From NCBI GenBank assembly GCA_002477805.1, contig DLKQ01000013.1:13420-77419 (forward strand): 64,000 nt of DNA, read 5' to 3'. Source of the DNA: Christensenella sp. UBA7584 (GTDB taxonomy: Bacteria; Bacillota; Clostridia; Christensenellales; UBA1242). Positions 32,301 through 41,300 of this stretch are shown piece by piece. The first letter of the stretch is position 1. The number at the start of each line of letters is the position of its first letter. The notes beneath the pieces are model-generated. The model had not been told where the DNA came from. It did no database searches and worked only from the letters and a program-made list of their open reading frames with translations. The translations under genes were made by a program, and so were the position numbers.

Positions 32301-35300
32301 AACATTGTTTACACTTAAATCCAAATTTTGTACTGAAACAAAGTTGTTTACTATTCCATTTGTGTCATCTATTTTAGAGAAAAGTCCAAATCGGTCGGCT
32401 GAGCCACTTGAAATATCCAAATTCTTTATTTCAAAACCATTTCCTTCAAAATTTCCGCTAAATGTCTGCTTGCTTATGGTTGAAAAGTCAAGTCCAAGTG
32501 CGGTAAGTTCTGAAAGGTCAATGTCACTAACAAGTCTATACCACTCAGTGATTTTTCCGTGACACTCAAAGTCTGATTTCATAAGTGTGTAAAGCGTCTC
32601 AGCACTATCGATAAGGTTTGGGCTCACAACTGCCACATTTGCATCTTCATCAAGTATTAAATACTCATTGATTGCATAAATTTTGTCATCTTTCGTATAA
32701 ACTCCACGAGTGTATGTATACATATCTTCGCCAGACTCATTTTTGGTATACTCAACTGTATCCCAATTTTCAACTGCAATCAGGTCTGCCGAAACAAGCC
32801 TTGGACCCATAAAAAAGTATAATGTGTTTGCTTCTTTAAGCTTTGGTAAAAAATTGTTCATATTGAAATAAGCATTATCATCATTAACAAAAGTCCAAAC
32901 TGAAGCAAATTCTTCTCCTTTGAATCCGTCCACATATTTGCGACTTGTGCTATATGTATCCCAATACGAAATTTGTTCATTGTCTCGATTTATAAACTGC
33001 TCCATTGTTCGTTCTTCAATTCCAAGTGCCTCCGAAAGTTTGATTCCTTCACTTCCAAAACCAGCATCGTAGAAGAAGCAATTTTCAATCGCGTCTTGTC
33101 TAGGGTTCTCATTGTAAAGTGAAGAATAATCTGCTGTTGGCCCAATAAATGGCGTGTGCGCTTTATTTCCTTGTTCGCTTGCTCCAATATTTGGAACATA
33201 TGAGACACTATAACAGCGTTTGATTGTTCCGCTAGACTTGTTTGCATAAACAAATCCGCCCGAAAGTGAACTTGAATCTAACGAAAGTGCAATTCCTGCA
33301 AAGCTGTCCGAAATTTTTCCATAGTTTTCATATACAAATCCACCAGTATTAACTGTTGAAATGATTTGAACAGTTCGACCCTGTATTCCGATAGAACTAT
33401 CAACTTCATAAATTTGTCTACCATTTGAAGTATAGAATTTGACAAAAGCTCCTCCAGCATAACTAGTTGTAATTTGCGAGCCAGAACTATTAAATGCAAC
33501 AAATCCCGCACTTGCACCTGAAAGATTTGATAGTGCTTGGTTTGTTATTTGGATATTATCACTAAAGCTTGATGCAATTTTGTGATTATTTTGACTAACA
33601 AATCCAGCAACGTATCCACGTGCAATCAAATTCAAATCTTTGACTCTACTATTTGAAATACTTGCATTATTTACTGCAACAAGTCCTGCAATATTAAATA
33701 CATCAGAAGTACTACCCGTAGATGAAATTTGAATTGTACCCCTATTTCCAAATTCATCACGAGCAATAACTTGGCAGTTTGTAACTGTTCCGTTATTTAT
33801 TCCAGCAAGTCCACCAAAATTTATATAAGTACTTGCTGATAAGTCTAGTTCGGTGGTAATATATTGCACTGTTAAGTTTTTTATTAATGTATCCTCTCCA
33901 ATCTCAGCGAACAGACCATAATTTGCCACACTAGTTTCACTACCAACTGTGCTAGTGTTAAATCTTGAAAGTTTTATTGTCTTTCCGTTTCCATCAAGGC
34001 TGGCAATATTAACATCAAGTGGCTCCCACAAAACACTTGTTGCATCAATGTCCGCCATTAATCGGTAGTCTCTACCCTCAGTCATATTCAATAAATCTGT
34101 TAAGTTTTCAATAGGAATTGGGCTATCTCTTGATGTCTGCTGTGTAAATTTGAGCGTAAATACTTGTCTTGGAACGAAAAAGTCATTTCCATTAAGTGTT
34201 GTAAAGCCCATATTCAAAACACTAGACAAATTAAACGAAAAGTCTATGTCATTAAACACAACTTTGAGACCATTAAAGTTTTGTTTGATTGGACAGAAAT
34301 ACCAACCATTGTTGTCACCATCTTGAATCACAAGCCTGATATAAAATGTATTTTGAATTACAGAATAAACCGAAGTTGAACCAGTATCATTATTTTTATC
34401 AAAAGGTGAAACGCTGTCACTGAGTTTTGCTGTCACTGCATAGTAATAATCTGCACCAACAGAACCAGCTTTTTTGATTTGCTTGATTGAAGTTTCTTCC
34501 GATGCTGATTCTGACACCTTTTCCAGCATAGACCAAATTTCTACTTCACCACTATTTAAAGCTTTTAAAAAGCTTTCCAAGTTCTGCTTTGCTTTTGCGT
34601 GAGTTGGGTTAAAGTTGATTTTTTCATTATCAATGCCAATAGTAATTTTGAACATTGCATTTTTGTAATATGGTTTGTCCATAACTGCATCTTTAACATC
34701 GCTCACAACAAGCGACCCATTCTTGAGAACAAAATCAGTTGTGGTGAAAATCATCTGCCTAGTAATTGTTCTACGATAACCATTTACATATTTTACACCT
34801 TGAACTTGCACTGTAAACTGTGCACCAATTTGGACTGTACTTGGAACTACAACATAGTAAATTCCCGCAGTGTGCTCAATTTGAGCCAAGCCTTCTGTTT
34901 GGTCGTCAATGATTGAAACGCTAACTTCAGATTCAAACTCACCTTGCTGTGTTATTTTCAAAATGTTTTTGTTTGCACCATTTGTAACAGTGAGTTTTTC
35001 GCCCAAAGCATTGAGTTTATCACTTGAACCACCTGTCCCAACTGCAACAAACGCTTGTGGAAGATTCGATTCAAGGTTTTTTGCTGTGTCATACGAAAGA
35101 GTTATGTTCGCACTGCTATCAACGGCGAGGTCGAAGGTAAACACCTTGTCTTCACTTCCGCTTTTTGAAATGGTAACTGTGATTAAAAAGCTTTGCACAG
35201 TTGTTGACTGCTTTGCAATCAGTGTTTGAAGCCAAATTGTACCGTCAAAAGAGCCATCACTATTTGTCACGCAAGCTGGCATAATTCCATTTTCAATATA

Positions 35301-38300
35301 AACTACACCATCACTAAAAATAAAGTATTTTGTTGTATCTACTCCATTTTGCGAAGTTGTTTCGGCGACTCTTTGCTGGAATGTTACCCTATCACCATTT
35401 ACAGTGTTTGACTCAACTTTTATGCTATCGAAAACAGCGTAATCTGGCGAAACATTAATTCTAAGCAGTCCCATTTCTCCCACCAAAATTGTATCAGTTG
35501 GAATTGCTCCCGCGTTTACCAGATAATTTCCTGGGAGATTAAGTTCACCTTCAAGCTGTGCATCAGCATAGTGATGAATTGAAACAGTTTGTACTTCTTT
35601 TGGCAAAATTTGAAAATAATATTCCTTTGTAAGTACTCTCGAATTTGAAACAAATTCGTAGTTTGAAACAACTATTTTAAAAGTTTTTGCTTGTTTGAAA
35701 CTTTGCTTAAACGAATTTTGAACACCAAACACAATATTTTCTGTAATATTATCGCCCGACAAACTAATATCTGATACTAGCAAGAAATATTTGTCGTTTG
35801 CATAATCCGAAAGTTCTATTTGTGTTGTTTGAGTGTTTGGGTCAAAAAGTTTAGAGGCAACTAAATTATCTTCCTCAAAAACCTCAATTTTACTTCCAAA
35901 CTGCTGGTCAGTTGGTGAATCACTCACAAGCGTTACACCAAGTTCAACATCTTCCGAAATTTCAAGTTCTACTGGGTTGGTTTCAGTTCCAGTTTTGTCT
36001 ATTTGGATTTGTGACGCACCTTCGTAAATTACAAGTTTGATACTAACACTTTGATTCCAACGATACGAAACAAAGTTTTCAGTCTCGCTTGTAATAACTT
36101 GCCCTTCAACCTTGCCAAGCTGACCTTTGAGATATGGAACCATCGTGAGCTGGAGATTTAGGTTTCGACTTTTTGCAATAAGGCTTGCAGTACTTGTGTT
36201 TTCGACATACATATAAACTTCACTAAGTATCCCAGTAATGCGACCTTGCGAACTTATCACCTGCGAAACTTGTGCATAATTTAACCCACCAACACGGAGT
36301 ACAACATAGTACCTTCCGTCACGCTTGTCAAGTAACACGTCAGCATTTGAGTAAAAAATTGAAAAGGCTTTTTTTGCTTTTAAAAGTAGATTTGTAATAT
36401 CGCTCTCTTCGATGTCTTCTAGTTTTAATATATAAATTTGCGAACCATAAAATGCAAAATAGTTTGTCATATTTAGAATAGCTTTTCTATCAAGTGTAAC
36501 TTGCTTTTTGCTTGTTTCTACATTAAAAGTTGTTTTGTTTACATTACACCAAACATCATCAGAAACGCTAAAGACATAGCTTGTTCCGTTATCTACAACT
36601 TTTGCATTAGATGAAAGATTGAAGGCAAATTGGAACAAGTATTCCATTAATACTAAGTCACCATTAGCAAGTTTTACAATACCCGAAATTACATCAGAAA
36701 AATTCATTTGTTTTGTCTTAAACTCATCTTCACCGAAAGTAGCGTATCCGTCTTCAAGCACAAAAGCCACACCTGTTCCAAGCCCTTCCGCTACCAGCGG
36801 TGTTGTCACATATTCCCCTGAAATTCGCGAAATATTAACATAATTAATTAGCCAATCTTCATTTTGACCTGTTTGAAGAGTAACTGTGTCGCCACTAACA
36901 AAGTTAAATGTCTGACCTGGAAGTTCGTCCTCTTTGTCTTTGAGTGCTCCGCTTTGGTAGAATTTTACATCGCTGTAACCCTGAACAACTTGAATACCAA
37001 CAATATCAAAAAGTCCGCTACTATATTTTGACCTAACCGTGATAAAAGTACTCCCAGTGCCAACAATATTTAGTGTTGCCGAAGCCACTGTATTACCATT
37101 TGAAATATAAATTACTCCAAGGTTACTACTTTCAATTGTAACCATTGACGCAAGTGAAAAGTCTGCATCAAATATACTACCAAGCCTAATTGATTTTGAA
37201 GCAAGCCCGTCTAACATAATGATAACATTTTTTGAATTTGTAGATTCAAAAACATTTGTAGGGAGCACATCTTTTACACTCAGTGAAAGCGTTGTTTGCA
37301 CATCTGGATAAAGCACAACATCATCATATTTAGGAAGAGGATACTCAAACCTTTTTAAAGCGTCAAACGCCCAGTAGTTTGTAAAGTCAAAGTTATTTGA
37401 TGTAAATGTTTGCTCCAATTTTAATTCGTTTTCTGATTTGTATGTTACACCGCTACTGGTTTCTACATTTTTGTTTGAATCATCGTTTTGTTTTAAAAGC
37501 ACATTGTTATATATTACAGTTGCAACAGAAGTTTTAGAAACACAAGCCACACCAGGATGCTCCATAATACTGTAACTAGTATTTATGGTAATACTGCCCT
37601 TTACATTAGAGGCAAAGAGTGCACCTTTGCCGTTTTCTAACACTTCAAGTAATCCTGCGGTAAATGTGTTAGTTATTGTAGTTGAATCGCTCGAAGTACC
37701 TACCTCACCGACAAGTCCTCCAACCGTTTTTGCCTTGATTTTCCCATAGAAATACGAGGAAGAAATTGTCACGCCAAACGGAGCACTTCCAACAAGTCCA
37801 CCCGCTGTTTCTGTACTATAAATTTCACTAACGTTAGCTGATTGTGTAAAACTCAAAACATAAGAGGCAATTATGCTCGCGCCTTCGTAACGCCCAACAA
37901 GGCCACCAACACAGCAAAAAGCCACTGAGCCATCATTAACAACTTCACTTGAAAGCGAAGGTTTTTCGGCATCAAAAATTTCGTAATAACAATTTCTGAT
38001 TATATTTGAACTATAACCTACGATTCCACCAACAGCAAAAGCGTTTGCAATTTGTGTGCTACTAGAGCAGTTGAATACCATACCTGAGGTATGAGCAACA
38101 ATTCCTCCAGCATAGGTACACCCGTTTTCGGCATTAAGCCTAATTTCACCACTTGAAGTAATGTTTGAAAGTTGTCCGCTACTAATTCCAACTACTCCAC
38201 CAATCTTTGAATTTACTGGAAAACTGTTTTTAGTACTCGATGTGATAGTAGTCTTGGCACTGAGTCCACCTTTTACAAGCGTTGCACTATTTTGCGCAAT

Positions 38301-41300
38301 CATACCTCCAAGAGTTATTGACTGCAAAACACTTTTTATATTCGCTTCAAAACTCACTGTAATGTTCGAAATTTCGGAAGACATATTTATTCCAATCGTT
38401 CCTATATAAACTTGGTCTGCCGAACTAATTTCTACATTTTGCGTATTTATTGCAAGTTCACTTAGTTTTACACCCGCTTCAACTTTTCCCGCAAACGAAC
38501 CAACATATTTTCCGCGTATGACTGAAAGTTTTGAAATATCAAAATTCAAGTTTTCGATTTTTGCTGTAAAGATTTTGTCATCATCTGTTTGCATTCCAAG
38601 TACACCGAAAATTCCGGAATATCCACTTGAAGACTCTAATTCAAAACCATAAATTGTACTTGGTGTGCTTGAAAATGAAGTCATTGTTCCAGCAAAAGGT
38701 GTGTCTTCATTACCTATTTTAGAAATCTTTACACCCGAAACATCAATATCATTCATTATGTAATAATTTTTTGTCCACTCACTTGGGTTTTCACTGATTG
38801 ATTTTAGTTTTTGTGCGTCATAAACTCTAATATATGTTTTAAAACCATCTGCAACCGAAATTTTTACAACCTGCTTGTTTGAAATACTATTAAGGCTCGC
38901 AAGCGTTATCTCACTACGCTCTTTCGGCAAAGTGTCTTGTGGAACAATATATAGTAAAGTACTTCCTGCATTAATTGGAGTCACAAAATAATTGCCTGTT
39001 TTTTCGTCTTTTCCGACCCACACACTTTCACTGCGGAAATTACAACTTGGCTTTATTTGATTTGTACTAAAGTCTGAATTACAGTCAATCAAAAAGAATT
39101 CTAGGTTGGAATTTGATGGGTCTACATTACTAGAAGACTGAATATTGATTTTCAAGTTTGTAGTCACACCAATTTGATCCTCATCTTTGTTCGCGAGCTT
39201 GTCTTTTGATAAAATGGACATTTCCTGAGTTGTTTCGAAATAAATTTCATCTACTTCTGGCGAAATTTTTCCAAGACGAACCAGTTCGCTGATAGTCACT
39301 TCAATTGTCCTACTGAAAATAACATTATTTACATCAGTAATCACCACATTGATTCGTACTGTTCTTGATTTTATACCACTAGAAAGCGGTTTTGAAGTTA
39401 CTACAATTGTCTTACCCGAAACTGCATTAGGTTGACCCTCAACAGCTTTTTCACCATTAATCGAAACATAATTTTCACCGCCACTTTCTATTGACCAAAT
39501 TGCTTCTCCTGCCTTGACTGTTGTTTGTTTTTCTTCTGAAGAGGCAATCAGGCTCACCGAAAGCTCAGCTTTTTGATTTTCCTGGTTGTAATATCCTTCA
39601 TTCCCGCTTGCTAAAATTTCAACACGTTCGTTTGAAACAATCATTTCGGAAATTGGCTCAAAGACTCTCAGCTCAAAAGTTTGTCTAATTATGTTGGTTT
39701 CAGTTTTGTTTGTGTTTTTATTTATTTTTAAGTATGGAATATCTACAACGATATAAACAGTACCTTCTTGCTTTGAATAAACATTTATACCCGATGTGTC
39801 AGCAAAAATATTGATTATATTAAGAAAACTTCCTTCCCCTTTAACAATTTCGCCATTAGCGTCAAGTTTGCCAACAAAAATTTCAGGTGTGTGTATATCA
39901 GCTTCGGCAGGAAATTTGTTATATTTAATAGTAAAACTTTTGTTCGAAATTGTTGTAACTGATGCAAGAGTTTGCCTGTTTGGATTAGTTTTGTCTGCTT
40001 TCATTTCGGAAGAAATATTGTCTTCTCCTTCAGCCACTTCAAGCGTAACTGTGTTGATTACCGCCTTGACCGCAACTTTAAATGACTTTTCTATACCATT
40101 AATTGACCTTGCAGTAATTGTTACTGGTTGCCTGGTAGGTTTTTTTGCCGTAACAACAAATTTTCCTGTTTGTGCGTCTTGTGAAGCGGTAACATCGCTC
40201 ACCTCAACATAATTTTCATCACTTGAAGAAATCGTAATGTAGTTTTCGTAATCACTCCTTATCTTTGCACCATTTGGAGAAACTGAAATTTGAATTTCTC
40301 GCGTGTTTGTAACTTCGGTTTCGCCTTCACTTACTTCAAGCTCTATTTTTTCATCAGCTTCAATTCCATCAAAATTAATCTCAGTTATTCCAGCCGAAAA
40401 ACTTAAATAAACCTGCCTTGAAACAACATTTCCACCTATATCACTAAGTGTGGTAATTGTTATCGGAAAACTACCTGTTACTGAGCTTAGAGTTTTTAGT
40501 TTTAAAACATCGCCACTATAAAACACAAGGTCATTTGTCATATATGCTCCATTTGGAAGCTGTGAAAATAATTGATAATGTGCTTCACCGTACATAATAA
40601 CTAATTCTCTTGCGAGCTCTGGCACGGTCTGGCCAAGGCTAATAACATACTTGCCATAACCATAACTAAATGAGTCCAGTGTAATTTCTAAAGATGAACC
40701 ATCTATATCTTGTTTGTAACTATCAAAAACACTGATTTCAGTTATAGTTTCGTCAAAACATTTTGTTTCACCAACTGTAATATTTAGGCTACTAAAATTT
40801 TGCCTTGAAACTTTCACAAACTGGTTTTGCTCATTTTTAACAAACTTATCATAATATCCTTGCTCCCCTGTTGGTGTTTCGATTTGTTTGTACTCGGTAC
40901 CTTTTCCATTGACTAAAATTGCTTTTGGATAGTAAACAACCTTTACGCCCACTTTTGGCGTAAGTACCTTTGGCGAATTTAGAATATTCTCATACGAAAC
41001 AGCAAAAACAACTTCATCTTCTACCACAGTTTCATTTATTCCGACAAGTTCAAACTTGTTTGAGCTATTACCTGGTGAAATCCTAATATTTTGACCGGTG
41101 TAGGTACTTTCAAACTTTAGCCCCGTAATAGGTGTTTCGATTTGTAGTTCAGCAAAGTTTTCTTTTGTTGTGTGACTGAGAATTAAATCAAAACTTTCAA
41201 GATTTGAAACATTTGGTGTTACATTTGTTCGAGTGATAGAAAACATATCGCTCGTTATGTTTTTGAGAACTTTTAGTTTGAAAGTCTTTTGAAAAACTTC

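Noticed and set aside
23577-40212. About 25 plus-strand ORFs (60-148 aa) inside the giant-gene interval, e.g. 23842-24288, 39796-40212 and 34909-35229
   Set aside because: All are antisense to one continuous, motif-rich 6,225-codon minus-strand ORF. Their translations are low-complexity P/T/S/F-rich mirror images of the GGxxG repeats, and they lack RBSs. They are shadow ORFs.
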